Below, in pieces: positions 9,258 to 20,725 of a stretch of DNA of 64,000 nt. The DNA is from Hyalangium minutum (GTDB lineage Bacteria; Myxococcota; Myxococcia; Myxococcales; Myxococcaceae), in contig NZ_JMCB01000002.1 of NCBI RefSeq assembly GCF_000737315.1, positions 186,001-250,000 of the forward strand. The letters are read 5' to 3'. How positions within the stretch are numbered: position 1 is the stretch's first letter; every line of letters begins with the position of its first letter. Under the pieces are notes generated by a model that worked only from the letters and a program-made list of their open reading frames with translations, searched no databases and was not told the origin of the DNA. A program made the position numbers and the translations under genes.

Positions 9258-11546
9258 TTGAGCAAGACACTTGTGAAGACGTTCTGTGCGGCGTGGCTGG
9301 GTCTCGCCTTCACCGCGTGTGACACCACTGAGCAGCAGCAGGTGGATGCCGATGACGTGATGACGCTGTCCGCCAAGGACGGCTCGGACATCCAGCAGGC
9401 CCTGGGCTCGCTGCCCAGCGCGACGGTGCTGGGTGTTCATGAGAAGGACGCTGTGCCCTTCATGATCAAGGGGCAGCTCGGTACCTCCAACGGGTCTGCG
9501 GTAGGCCTGGCGGTGGTGGACGCGAAGGCCGCGGTGCAGACGGCGCTGAGCCAGATCGCCCCGGTGTTCCGCCTGCGCGCCGATGACCTCGTGGTCAAGC
9601 GCGTCTCGCAGGACGAGATGGGCCACCAGCACATCCGCCTCGCCCAGACGAAGAACGGCCTGCCCGTCATCAACGGCGAGCTGATCCTCCACGTGGACAA
9701 GGCCGGCAACGTGTACGCCGCCAACGGCGATGCCCGTGACGACCAGGGCGCTGTCACCCAGCTGAAGCTGGTCAAGGCGAAGGTCAGCGCGGAGGCCGCC
9801 GCGGTCGCCGCGAGCGACTCCACCGAGGGCCTGAACAAGTCCGCCAAGGCCGAGCGTCTGGTCTACGTGCGCGACACCAACGAGAACCTGGTGCTGGCGC
9901 ACGAGGTTCGCGTGACCGGCGCGCGCCTGGACGGCATCCCCGTCGAGGACCTGGTGTACGTGAACGCCAACAACGGCACCGTCGCCCTGCGCGCGCCGAA
10001 GGTGTACACGGCCCTGAACCGCGCGGTGTACAGCGCCAACAACGGCACCTCGCTGCCGGGCACGCTCAAGCGCTCCGAGGGTGGTGCGGCCGCGAATGAC
10101 ACCCACGTGGACCAGAACTACACGCGGTTGGGCAAGACCTACGAGTGCTACTCGGTCAACTTCGGCCGCGACTCGTACAACGGCTCGGGCGCGCAGCTGA
10201 AGAGCACGGTGCACTACAGCTCCAACTACGTGAACGCCTACTGGAACAGCAGCCAGATGGTGTACGGCGACGGCAACGGCACGGACTCCACCATGCTGGG
10301 CCTGGACGCGGACGTCACCACGCACGAGCTGACGCACGCCGTGACGGAGTACGAGTCCAACCTCACCTACTCGGGCGAGTCCGGTGGTCTGAACGAGTCG
10401 ATGTCCGACATCTTCGGCGCCTACTGCGAGAGCTGGGAGGCTTCCACCACGAACGGCGGCACGTGGCCCACCACCGCGGACATCTGGATGGTCGGCGAGG
10501 ACATCTGGACCCCGGGCACTCCGAACGACGCGCTCCGCTACATGGATGACCCGGCCAAGGACGGGGCTTCCAAGGATCTGTGGACCAGCAGCGCCGGCAG
10601 CGTGGACGTGCACTACAGCTCCGGTATCTCCAACCTGGCCTTCGCCCTGCTCTCCAAGGGCGGTACGCACCCGCGCGGCAAGACGACTGTCAGCGTGACG
10701 GGCATCGGCGTGCAGAAGGCCGGCGCCATCTTCTACAAGGCGAACAAGGACCTGATGACGGCCTCGACGACCTTCAACCAGGCCAAGACGTACACGGAGC
10801 AGGCCGCCGACGCGCTGGGCTACACTGCGGAGAAGGCCTCCGTGACGGCCGCGTGGCAGGCTGTGGGCGTGGGCGGTGGCACGACGCCTCCTCCGAGCTG
10901 CACCAGCACCATCGTGCTGAGCAACGGCGTGGCGGCGACCAACGTCGGTGCGACTGCGGGCAATTTCTCCTGCACCTACACGCTGACTGTGCCCTCGGGC
11001 CAGACCAGCCTGTCGTTCGCCCTCAGCGGCGGCACGGGTGACGGCGACATGTACGTGAAGTTCGGCACCGCGCCGACGACCAGCGTCTACGACTGCCGTC
11101 CGTACACCTCTGGCAACGCCGAGACGTGCAACTTCACCAACCCGGCGGCGGGCACCTGGTACGTGAAGGTGAATGCGTACAGCGACTTCTCGGGCGCCAG
11201 CCTGAAGGGCACCTACTCCGGCGGCACGACGCCTCCGGGCGACACGCTGACCAACGGCGTGGCCACGGCGGCCTACTCCGGCGCGGCGAGCTCGCAGACC
11301 TGCTGGACGCTGACCGTCCCCGCGGGCAAGTCGGTGGTCTTCGCCCAGGCGGGCGGCACGGGTGATGCGGACCTGTACGTGCGCAAGGGCTCGGCTCCGA
11401 CGACCACCACCTACGACTGCCGCCCGTACCTGAGCGGCAACAACGAGTCGTGCTCGTTCGCCGCGGGCACCGCGAGCGTCCAGTACTACGCCTGCTCGCG
11501 CGGCTACAGCGCGTACACCGGCGTGACGATGAAGGGCACCTACTAG
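9258..11546 (+). CDS. M4 (thermolysin-like) metallopeptidase preproenzyme with FTP/PepSY propeptide and two C-terminal PPC domains
   Basis: HELTH zinc motif, NAYW, GGLNESMSD, VHYSSG; two GTGDxDxYV...YDCRPY PPC repeats. Start placed at TTG 9258 because GAGGAGG lies at 9243-9249 and a lipobox-like FTAC signal follows. The ORF track starts at 9156. Confidence 0.93.
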   Translation: MSKTLVKTFCAAWLGLAFTACDTTEQQQVDADDVMTLSAKDGSDIQQALGSLPSATVLGVHEKDAVPFMIKGQLGTSNGSAVGLAVVDAKAAVQTALSQIAPVFRLRADDLVVKRVSQDEMGHQHIRLAQTKNGLPVINGELILHVDKAGNVYAANGDARDDQGAVTQLKLVKAKVSAEAAAVAASDSTEGLNKSAKAERLVYVRDTNENLVLAHEVRVTGARLDGIPVEDLVYVNANNGTVALRAPKVYTALNRAVYSANNGTSLPGTLKRSEGGAAANDTHVDQNYTRLGKTYECYSVNFGRDSYNGSGAQLKSTVHYSSNYVNAYWNSSQMVYGDGNGTDSTMLGLDADVTTHELTHAVTEYESNLTYSGESGGLNESMSDIFGAYCESWEASTTNGGTWPTTADIWMVGEDIWTPGTPNDALRYMDDPAKDGASKDLWTSSAGSVDVHYSSGISNLAFALLSKGGTHPRGKTTVSVTGIGVQKAGAIFYKANKDLMTASTTFNQAKTYTEQAADALGYTAEKASVTAAWQAVGVGGGTTPPPSCTSTIVLSNGVAATNVGATAGNFSCTYTLTVPSGQTSLSFALSGGTGDGDMYVKFGTAPTTSVYDCRPYTSGNAETCNFTNPAAGTWYVKVNAYSDFSGASLKGTYSGGTTPPGDTLTNGVATAAYSGAASSQTCWTLTVPAGKSVVFAQAGGTGDADLYVRKGSAPTTTTYDCRPYLSGNNESCSFAAGTASVQYYACSRGYSAYTGVTMKGTY

Positions 11547-11571
11547 TCCCTCACCGTTGAGTTGAAATGAC

Positions 11572-11610
11572 ACGCCCGGGGGCCTCGTGCTCCCGGGCGT
11601 TGTCTTTTTT
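11572..11610 (+). terminator. Rho-independent terminator after the M4 peptidase
   Basis: Stem ACGCCCGGG (11572-11580) / CCCGGGCGT (11592-11600) followed by TGTCTTTTTT; sits between convergent genes. Confidence 0.8.
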
Positions 11611-11617
11611 CAGGCCC

Positions 11618-12355
11618 TCAGCGGCGCACTTCGATGTCGCGCGCGATGCTGTCGTCTCCGACGAGATCAAAGGAGGCGCGCACCGAGGTGCCCTCCTCGA
11701 GCTGACGCAGCGGCACGCTCTGGCCCGCGCGCACCCCGCGGCTGCGCTTGTCGATGCGCAGCTCGTACACGTTGCCCTCGGTGTCCTTCAGGTGGAGCGT
11801 GCTCTTGCCCACGCGGGTGACGCGGCCGTCCACCGTGCCGGTGGCGATGACCACCCGGTCCAGCGGCACCGAGTCGTTCTGCCCGAACGCGCGCGCTGCC
11901 TTGGCCGCGCCCTCGTACCAGGACTCATCCTCACGCGCCTGGACGGCCTCGAAGCCGATCATCACCCGGCCCTCGGGCGCCGCCTGCGCGGTTCCGGACG
12001 GGGCGCCCGTCGAGCTTGCCGTGCTGGGCGCTGGAGAGGCCGTGGCCGTTGCCGGAGCGGTTGTGGCTGGAGCGGCGGTGTTCGTCCGGGCGCTCGTGCC
12101 GGTGCGGGCCTCGGCCTGGACCGGACCGGGAGCGGCCCCCGGGATGACGCCTGGAGCCGTGGCCTGCGGGGCCTCGGTGCCTACCGTGGGCGCCGGGCTG
12201 ATTCGCTCGGGTGAAGCGCCCTCGCTTGGCCGCGTGGGGGCAGGAGCCCTTGCGGCGACCGGTGCTGTCTGCTCATGGCGCTCGCGCTCCCGGCATCCCG
12301 ACAGCAGTGCGCACGCCCCCATGACTCCCATCCACGCCCAACGACGCCCCATCAT
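11618..12355 (-). CDS. Hypothetical lipoprotein with Ala/Pro/Thr-rich linker and small C-terminal beta domain
   Basis: From ATG 12355: MMGRRWAWMGVMGACALLSGC (lipobox LSGC), a low-complexity linker, then a compact domain TGTVDGRVTRVG...LEEGTSVRASF. The ORF-track extension to 12709 looks non-coding. Confidence 0.7.
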   Translation of the reverse strand: MMGRRWAWMGVMGACALLSGCRERERHEQTAPVAARAPAPTRPSEGASPERISPAPTVGTEAPQATAPGVIPGAAPGPVQAEARTGTSARTNTAAPATTAPATATASPAPSTASSTGAPSGTAQAAPEGRVMIGFEAVQAREDESWYEGAAKAARAFGQNDSVPLDRVVIATGTVDGRVTRVGKSTLHLKDTEGNVYELRIDKRSRGVRAGQSVPLRQLEEGTSVRASFDLVGDDSIARDIEVRR

Positions 12356-12599
12356 TGGCCTCCCCGATGTGGGAAAACAGGTTCCGTCCTGCTCCCACTG
12401 CAAACGGTGCGCCCGGGCCGGGTTCCCAGGGCGAGAGGCGGGGACTTTCAGCAGGAGACACTGCGAGGCGGCGAAGTCAGGTGGGCAGGCTGCGAGGGAA
12501 GGAGGAGGACGCGTGACGTCGGGAAGCCAGGGGGAGGAGTTTCCCACCGCTCGTGGCGAAGGTATTTCCCTCGGGGCGTGAGGAAGTGGACACCCGCCG

Positions 12600-13409
12600 T
12601 CAGTCCATGAGCGCGCGAGCCACCGCCCGGATGTGGATGCGCACCCGCTCGCGGGCGGCGGTGAGCACGGAGGCGTCCGCCGGGTCGTACCCGAGGCACA
12701 GCACCACATCGTCCTCGGGCGCGGCCCTGACGCCCAGCTTCGCGTAGTTGATCATCCGGGAGACGGGCTCTCCCACGGTGTCCGGGGTGAAGCGGCCGAA
12801 GATGGGCGCGTAGGGGCTGCGGTCCGCTGCGGTCTCCTTCAGCGCGAAGAGTCGGCGCACGGCCTCCAGCGCCGCGGGCCGGGCCATCATCGTCTCGGGC
12901 CGGGCCGGGCCTCCCAGCTCGCGCTCGATGAGGCGCAGGCAGCCCCGAACGAACTCCACGTCGGTGATGACGAGGCCGTAGAGGTACCAGTCCGGGCACG
13001 CCGCCTGGACGAGCCGCGCCTGGGCATCCTCGAGCCAGCCGAACGAGGGGCAGGTGAACGTCTCGCAGATGGAGGCGCGGTAGACGCCGCAGTCGCGCAG
13101 ATCTACCCCGCCGGTGACCTTAGGGTGGCCCAGGCAGCCCACCTGGCGCTGCTCGGCATCGATGAAACCCAGCAGGGGGCAGACGCGGACGGCGGGGAAC
13201 AAGGGAGGCTCGTTGCGAGACTCCACGAACTCCTTGGCCGCCGCACGCCAGGCCTCCATCTCCTTGGGTACGTCCCTCAGCTGGGCCGTCTGCTCGGCAA
13301 GCCGCTGGGTGAGCGCCGCGCGCGAGTGGTCCCGGAAGTTGTACAGCCCGCAGCAGGCGCCGCAGGAGGCGCCTCGGCCGGGTTGGCACAGGTGAAAGGA
13401 GACAGTCAC
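12600..13409 (-). CDS. Cys-rich putative Zn/Fe-S-binding protein (YkgJ/CxxCC-like)
   Basis: SCGACCGLY, CPLLG, GCLGHP and CGVYRASICETFTCP cysteine clusters; 21 bp downstream of the acyl-CoA dehydrogenase. Confidence 0.65.
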   Translation of the reverse strand: MTVSFHLCQPGRGASCGACCGLYNFRDHSRAALTQRLAEQTAQLRDVPKEMEAWRAAAKEFVESRNEPPLFPAVRVCPLLGFIDAEQRQVGCLGHPKVTGGVDLRDCGVYRASICETFTCPSFGWLEDAQARLVQAACPDWYLYGLVITDVEFVRGCLRLIERELGGPARPETMMARPAALEAVRRLFALKETAADRSPYAPIFGRFTPDTVGEPVSRMINYAKLGVRAAPEDDVVLCLGYDPADASVLTAARERVRIHIRAVARALMD

Positions 13410-13430
13410 AGCTCTTCCTCTATCAACAAC

Positions 13431-15235
<1,805 letters not shown>

Positions 15236-15236
<1 letters not shown>

Positions 15237-15520
15237 TAGCGTTCGACCTGCACGCCCTTCCAGAAGGCCACGTAGCCGCGGATGTTGCGAGCCGCGTCCT
15301 TGGGCTCGGGGTAGTACCAGGCGGCGTCCTTGTTGACTTGTCCGTCCACCACCACGTCGTAGTAGCTGGCCTCGCCCTTCCAGGCGCAGGTGGTATGCGT
15401 GCTGCTCGGCTGGAAGCGCTCGCGCTTGAGCGCCTCGGGAGGGAAGTAGACGTTGCCCTCCACAACTTCATACCGGTCGCTCTCGGCGAGCACGGCGTTC
15501 TTCCAGATAGCCTTGGCCAT
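15236..15520 (-). CDS. DUF427 domain protein
   Basis: [46 protein letters not shown]. Its stop overlaps the acyl-CoA dehydrogenase ATG (TAATG). Confidence 0.9.
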
Positions 15521-15745
15521 GGGTCACCTCCGGAGACAGTTCTGCTCCAGTGGCCCGAGGAGTGCCAGGAGAACCTACCTGCTTGCCAAGCTGGGAGGGA
15601 CTCGCACGGACAGTGCGGGTAGCTGGCGCCTGGTGGGATGCTCGCCCAGGGGGCACTAGGACTTGCGGTCAATTGTCGGGTGGCGGAAAGGGTGTCCTCA
15701 GTTGAAAGGGTCCAGGGCAGCCTGACTGTTAGCGTCTGGCGCCTG

Positions 15746-18343
15746 ATGGACATCCCCCCGTTGCCAGACACCGCGAGCACCCCCGGTTTTGAGGGCCAGG
15801 GGCCGGCGGGCGGCCTCATGAGCGACGCCTTCCGGCTGCTGGCGGAGAGCATTCCCCAGCTCGTGTGGACCACCCGCCCAGATGGTTTCCACGACTACTA
15901 CAACCAGCGCTGGTACGAGTACACGGGGACCACTTCCACGCAGTCGCAGGGCGAGGGGTGGCAGGGGCCCTTCCACCCGGACGACATGCCGGAGGCGCTG
16001 CGGCGGTGGCACCACTCGCTGCGCACGGGTGAGCCCTATGAGACGGAGTACCGCTGCCGCCGCCATGACGGCGTCTACCGCTGGTTCCTGGGCCGGGCCC
16101 AGCCTCTGCGGGATGCGCAGGGGAACATCATCAAATGGTTCGGTACCTGCACGGACATTGACGACCAGAAGCGCGCCGCGGACTCCATGATCTTCCTGGC
16201 CGAGGCGGGGTCGCTGCTGGCCTCCTCTTCGCTGGACTATGAGGCCACGCTCGAGGCCCTCACCCGGCTGGTGGTGCCGCGCTTGGCGGACTGGTGTGGC
16301 GTCGAGATCGTCAACGCGGATGCCTCCACGCGGCAGGTAGGGGTGGCCCACGTGGATCCGGCCAAGGTGCGCTACGCCAAGGAACTGCGCCAGCGCTACC
16401 CGCCGCGCCCGGAAGATGCGCACGGCGTGCTCGAGGTCATCCGCACCGGCAAGGGCGAGTTTCTCCCAGACATCCCGGACGAACTGCTGGTGGCGGGGGC
16501 ACGGGACGCCGAGCACCTGCGCATCGCACGGGAGCTGGGGCTGCGCTCGGCCATGGTCGTACCGCTCACGGCCCGCGGGCGCACGCTGGGGGCGCTCTCG
16601 ATGGTGAATGCCGAGTCTCGCCGGCGCTTCACCCGCGAGGACTTCACATTGGCCGAGCAACTGGCCACTCGGGCCGCCCTGGCGGTGGACACCGCGAGGC
16701 TGTACCGCGATGCGCTGCACGCGGAGGAGCGCTTTCGCTCCCTCGTCACCGCCACGGCCCAGGCTGTGTGGGTGACGAGCCCAGAGGGAGTGGTGCAGGA
16801 GGACTCGCCCTCCTGGCGAGCCTTCACCGGCCAGAGCTACGAGGAGTGGAATGGCTTGGGCTGGCTCGACGCGGTCCACCCAGAGGATCGCGAGAAGGCG
16901 GCGCGCGCGTGGCGAGAGGCGGTGGAGCGGCAAGGGGCCTACGAGGTGGAGTACCGGCTGCGCCGTCCGGATGGGAGCTACAGCATCACAGGGGCGCGCG
17001 CGGTGCCTGTCCGGAACGAGAACGGGAGCGTGCGCGAGTGGGTGGGCATCACCACGGACCTGACCGCGCAGCGCGAGGCGGAGGCAGCGGCCCGCAGCCT
17101 TCAGGCCGAGCAAAGTGCCCGGCGCCACGAGGCGCTGCGCGCGGACGTGAGCGAGGCCCTCGCAGGGCAGGGAAGCAAGGCACAGCTCCTCCAGGCGGCC
17201 TGTGAGGCGGTGGTGAGGCACCTGGATGTCGCGCTGGCGCGTGTGTGGCTGTTGGAGCGGGACGCCCCGGAACTGCGGCTGGTAGCCAGCGCGGGGCGCT
17301 CCACGGACCTGGAGGGGGAGCATGCGCGCATCCCCTTGGGGGAGCATCGGCTCGGGCGCATTGCCCACGAGCGCAGGCCGCACATGACGAACGACCTGTG
17401 GCGTGAACCGGAGGCTGCGGATCGGGACTGGGCGCTCCGGGAGGGGTTGCGGTCGCTGGCAGGCTATCCCGTGGTGCTGGCTGAGCAGCTCGTGGGGGTG
17501 TTCGCGGTATTTGGCACCGAGCCCATCTCCCGCGAGGTGGCGGACACGCTCGCCGCGGTGGTGGAGATCATCAACCAGGGGGTGGAGCGCCGCAGGGCCG
17601 AGAGGGACTTGCGCCGGCATGCCGAGGAACTGTCGCGCTCCAATGAGGAGCTGCAGCAATTTGCCTACGTGGCCTCGCATGACCTGCAGGAGCCGCTGCG
17701 GATGGTGGCCAGCTACACGCAACTGCTGGCGCGGCGCTACCGGGGAAAGCTGGACGCGGACGCAGACGAGTTCATTGGCTACGCGGTGGACGGGGTGAAC
17801 CGGATGCAGCGGCTCATCCAGGACCTGCTCGCCTACTCGCGTGTGGGGACGCGAGGGCGGGAGTTCAAGCCATGCGCCGTCGGGCCGGTGGTGCAGCGGG
17901 CGGTGGAGAACCTGCGGAAGGTGATGGAGGAGGTGGGTGGGGAGGTGAGGGTCGGCGAGCTGCCAGCCGTGCTGGGGGACGAGACGCAGCTCATCCAGCT
18001 GTTCCAGAACCTGGTGGCGAACGCACTGAAGTTCCATGGCAAGGCGCCACCGCGGGTGGAGGTGGCGGCGGAGGCGCACGGGCGCGATGGGTGGCGCTTC
18101 ACGGTGAAGGACAACGGGCTGGGGATCGACGCGCAGTACTTCGAGCGCATCTTCATCATCTTCCAGCGGTTGCACGGGCGGGAGGAGTACCCGGGCACGG
18201 GGATTGGGCTGGCGATCTGCAAGAAGATCGTCGAGCGTCACGGAGGACGGATTGGCGTGGAATCTCGGCCGGGTGAGGGCTCCACGTTCTGGTTCACATT
18301 GCCAGCGGTACCTACCGAGGCCTCGGCCTCCAAGGCTTCATAG
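15746..18343 (+). CDS. Cytoplasmic PAS-GAF-PAS-GAF sensor histidine kinase
   Basis: Two PAS/PAC units ([26 protein letters not shown]), two GAF-like regions, H-box [11 protein letters not shown]-box [12 protein letters not shown]-boxes DNGLGID and GTGIGLAI. Start at ATG 15746 or 15818. Confidence 0.92.
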   Translation: MDIPPLPDTASTPGFEGQGPAGGLMSDAFRLLAESIPQLVWTTRPDGFHDYYNQRWYEYTGTTSTQSQGEGWQGPFHPDDMPEALRRWHHSLRTGEPYETEYRCRRHDGVYRWFLGRAQPLRDAQGNIIKWFGTCTDIDDQKRAADSMIFLAEAGSLLASSSLDYEATLEALTRLVVPRLADWCGVEIVNADASTRQVGVAHVDPAKVRYAKELRQRYPPRPEDAHGVLEVIRTGKGEFLPDIPDELLVAGARDAEHLRIARELGLRSAMVVPLTARGRTLGALSMVNAESRRRFTREDFTLAEQLATRAALAVDTARLYRDALHAEERFRSLVTATAQAVWVTSPEGVVQEDSPSWRAFTGQSYEEWNGLGWLDAVHPEDREKAARAWREAVERQGAYEVEYRLRRPDGSYSITGARAVPVRNENGSVREWVGITTDLTAQREAEAAARSLQAEQSARRHEALRADVSEALAGQGSKAQLLQAACEAVVRHLDVALARVWLLERDAPELRLVASAGRSTDLEGEHARIPLGEHRLGRIAHERRPHMTNDLWREPEAADRDWALREGLRSLAGYPVVLAEQLVGVFAVFGTEPISREVADTLAAVVEIINQGVERRRAERDLRRHAEELSRSNEELQQFAYVASHDLQEPLRMVASYTQLLARRYRGKLDADADEFIGYAVDGVNRMQRLIQDLLAYSRVGTRGREFKPCAVGPVVQRAVENLRKVMEEVGGEVRVGELPAVLGDETQLIQLFQNLVANALKFHGKAPPRVEVAAEAHGRDGWRFTVKDNGLGIDAQYFERIFIIFQRLHGREEYPGTGIGLAICKKIVERHGGRIGVESRPGEGSTFWFTLPAVPTEASASKAS

Positions 18344-18345
18344 GC

Positions 18346-18795
18346 ATGAACTTCGAAGAGCACGGCAGGCCGGTGGAGATCCTCCTGGTTGAGGACAATC
18401 CGGGCGATGTCCGGTTGACCATCGAAGCCCTCAAGGAGGGCAAGGTGCGCAATAACCTCTCGGTGGTGAAGGATGGGGTGGAGGCGCTGGCCTTCCTGCG
18501 CCGCGAGGGGACCTTTGCGGGAGCAACCCGTCCGGACCTGATTCTGTTGGACCTGAACCTGCCGAAGAAGGACGGGCGGGAAGTGCTGGCGGAGATCAAG
18601 GACGATGGGACGCTGCGGCGCATCCCCGTGGTGGTTCTGACGACGTCGAAGGCGGAGGAGGACATCCTTCGGACGTACGATCTGCACGCCAATTGCTACA
18701 TCACCAAGCCGGTGGACCTGGAGCAGTTCATCTCGGTGGTCCGGTCAATCGACGATTTCTGGCTGTCGGTGGTCCGGCTGCCTCCGAAGGCGTGA
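18346..18795 (+). CDS. Single-domain response regulator (Rcp1-like)
   Basis: [35 protein letters not shown]. Confidence 0.95.
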   Translation: MNFEEHGRPVEILLVEDNPGDVRLTIEALKEGKVRNNLSVVKDGVEALAFLRREGTFAGATRPDLILLDLNLPKKDGREVLAEIKDDGTLRRIPVVVLTTSKAEEDILRTYDLHANCYITKPVDLEQFISVVRSIDDFWLSVVRLPPKA

Positions 18796-18799
18796 GCGC

Positions 18800-19930
18800 A
18801 TGGCTCTTGTGGAACAGGTTCTGAGACTGTTGCTGGTGGAGGACAACCCGGCGGACGCGCGGCTCATTCAGGAGGAACTGCGCGAGGTGCCCTCGGTGCG
18901 CTTCGAGGTGTTGCACGTGATGCGCCTCTCTCAAGCGGAGCGGGTGGTGCGCGAGGCGAAGCTGGACGCGGTGCTGTTGGACCTGTCGCTGCCGGACGGG
19001 CACGGGCTGGGCAACATCTCGCGGTTGCTCCAGGAGGCGCCGGCGGTGCCCCTGGTGGTGCTGACGGGCACGGACGACGAGCAGCTCGCGGTGCAGGCGG
19101 TGCACCAGGGCGCGCAGGACTACCTGGTGAAGGGGCAGGTGACGGGCCCTCTGTTGGTGCGGGCGCTGCGCTACGCGATCGAGCGCAAGCGGGCCGAGGA
19201 GGGGCTCAAGCGCGAGGAGGCACAAAAGCAGACGGCGATCTTCCGTGAGCAGTTCCTGGCCGTCCTCGGGCACGACCTGCGCAATCCGCTGAATGCCATC
19301 TCCGGCAACGCGGGCCTGCTGCTGCGCTACGGAGGGCTGACGGAGCCCCAGCGCAAGGCGGTCAACCGCATCTCCATCTCGTCGGACCGGATGGCGCGGA
19401 TGATCAACGACCTGCTGGACTTCACGCGGGCACGGCTCGGCGGCGGCTATCCGGTGAGCCGGGCGCGGATGAACGTGCACGACGTGCTCCGGCAGGTGGT
19501 GGAGGAACTGGAGGTCGCGCATCCGCAGCGTCGCTTCGAGCTGAGCCTCAGCGGGAACGGCTGGGGAGACTGGGACGCGGACCGGATCGCCCAGGCGGCG
19601 TCGAACTTGGTGGGCAATGCGGTGCAGTACTCGCCCGAGGACACGGTGGTGTCGGTGTCCGCGCACGACGAGGGAGAAGGGATCTGCGTGCAGGTGCACA
19701 ACTTGGGCCTGCCCATCCCCGCGGAGCGGCTGCCCCACATCTTCGATCCGTTCGTGCGAGGCGTCGAAGGCACACGCAACGCGGCGCGCCCGGGGCTGGG
19801 GCTGGGGCTCTACATCACCCACGAGATCGCGCGCGCCCACGGGGGCACGCTGCGGGTGACGTCTACTGAGGCGGATGGCACCCGCTTCTGGATGAACCTG
19901 CCGCGCCATTCGACGATTGCGCCCTTGTAG
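18800..19930 (+). CDS. Hybrid receiver-histidine kinase (REC-HisKA-HATPase)
   Basis: LLVEDN, LLDLSLPD, DYLVK; H-box LGHDLRNPL, NLVGNAVQY, GLGLGLYI. Confidence 0.93.
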   Translation: MALVEQVLRLLLVEDNPADARLIQEELREVPSVRFEVLHVMRLSQAERVVREAKLDAVLLDLSLPDGHGLGNISRLLQEAPAVPLVVLTGTDDEQLAVQAVHQGAQDYLVKGQVTGPLLVRALRYAIERKRAEEGLKREEAQKQTAIFREQFLAVLGHDLRNPLNAISGNAGLLLRYGGLTEPQRKAVNRISISSDRMARMINDLLDFTRARLGGGYPVSRARMNVHDVLRQVVEELEVAHPQRRFELSLSGNGWGDWDADRIAQAASNLVGNAVQYSPEDTVVSVSAHDEGEGICVQVHNLGLPIPAERLPHIFDPFVRGVEGTRNAARPGLGLGLYITHEIARAHGGTLRVTSTEADGTRFWMNLPRHSTIAPL

Positions 19931-20019
19931 GCATGAGCCTGCTGATTCTTGCTGCAGACAGCCGCTGTATTGGTACGCCGCTCTCTGTCATAGGCAAGTG
20001 GTAGACAGCCTGCGCCACT

Positions 20020-20706
20020 TCAGGTTGGCTGAGACAGTACACGTACGCGGCGACATTCACCGCAGACGAAAAAATAGAAAGCCACCTCTCCAGCGAAAAG
20101 CGGCTGATCGTCACCGAGGAGGCCAGACTTCCCTTCCATTCCCTCGTAGCCGAGACTAGCTGCGTAAGAAAGGTTTCTACCGCATGTGCAAATCGGCGAT
20201 ACAGGGGTTCCTACCCAGAGCGGAGATCCTGCAATCCTGAGAAATCCTTCGCCGCCTAAGAACTCATCACATGCGGACCAATAGCGATCCTCAGTCTCAG
20301 GGATCTCTTGCTCTTTCATCGGCCTGAGTTCGATCGGTCGTTCAGGCAAGGGGTCTGGAAGACGGTCTTCAATAGGGAGCAACTCGTCAACTGAACAATC
20401 CCCCTGAGCCCAATGGATCCGCCTTGATCGACTGTCGAACACATATTCTTGTACTGGCAGGTGTGAAGCGCAGTTCAAGAAAGTTATCAACGGCAGATGC
20501 GCAGTGTCTCTTGGAATGAAAGGGAAAAGGTAGGGCGCTCTCTTTAGATCGAGGGTGAGGAGTATAGAAGGCCGCGCCGGCCCAGAGAACGCCCCCTCAA
20601 TTGCCCAGGATTGTCCGCCAAAACAATGCGCAGAATCTTTTGAGCCAAGGACACCGATCCAACCGGGAATGGCTAGGGGCGGCCCCCATTTGAGAGAAAA
20701 GTTCAT
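20020..20706 (-). CDS. Putative immunity protein (YwqG/DUF1963-like) for the Rhs toxin
   Basis: Immediately downstream of the Rhs stop, with GGGGA before ATG 20706. C-terminal IAGSPLWV...ICTCG...FAGEVAFYFFVCGEC pattern resembles YwqG/DUF1963. Position fits the toxin-immunity rule. Confidence 0.65.
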   Translation of the reverse strand: MNFSLKWGPPLAIPGWIGVLGSKDSAHCFGGQSWAIEGAFSGPARPSILLTLDLKRAPYLFPFIPRDTAHLPLITFLNCASHLPVQEYVFDSRSRRIHWAQGDCSVDELLPIEDRLPDPLPERPIELRPMKEQEIPETEDRYWSACDEFLGGEGFLRIAGSPLWVGTPVSPICTCGRNLSYAASLGYEGMEGKSGLLGDDQPLFAGEVAFYFFVCGECRRVRVLSQPT

Positions 20707-20725
20707 ATCATTATCCCCGTGCACT

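Noticed and set aside
9219-11573. 784-aa ORF antisense to the M4 peptidase
   Set aside because: Mirror-frame shadow ORF with Arg/Gly/Ala-rich nonsense composition.
15746-18343. Possible phytochrome, given the Cph1-type kinase core and Rcp1-like partner
   Set aside because: No PAS-GAF-PHY photosensory module or PASDIP/chromophore-Cys motif; the DIP at the N-terminus is outside a GAF domain.
19931-20019. Possible attachment site or island boundary repeat (AGACAGCC twice, AAGTGG/CCACTT)
   Set aside because: Short motifs with no matching copy found near 52000 and no integrase or tRNA; at most a weak terminator between convergent genes.
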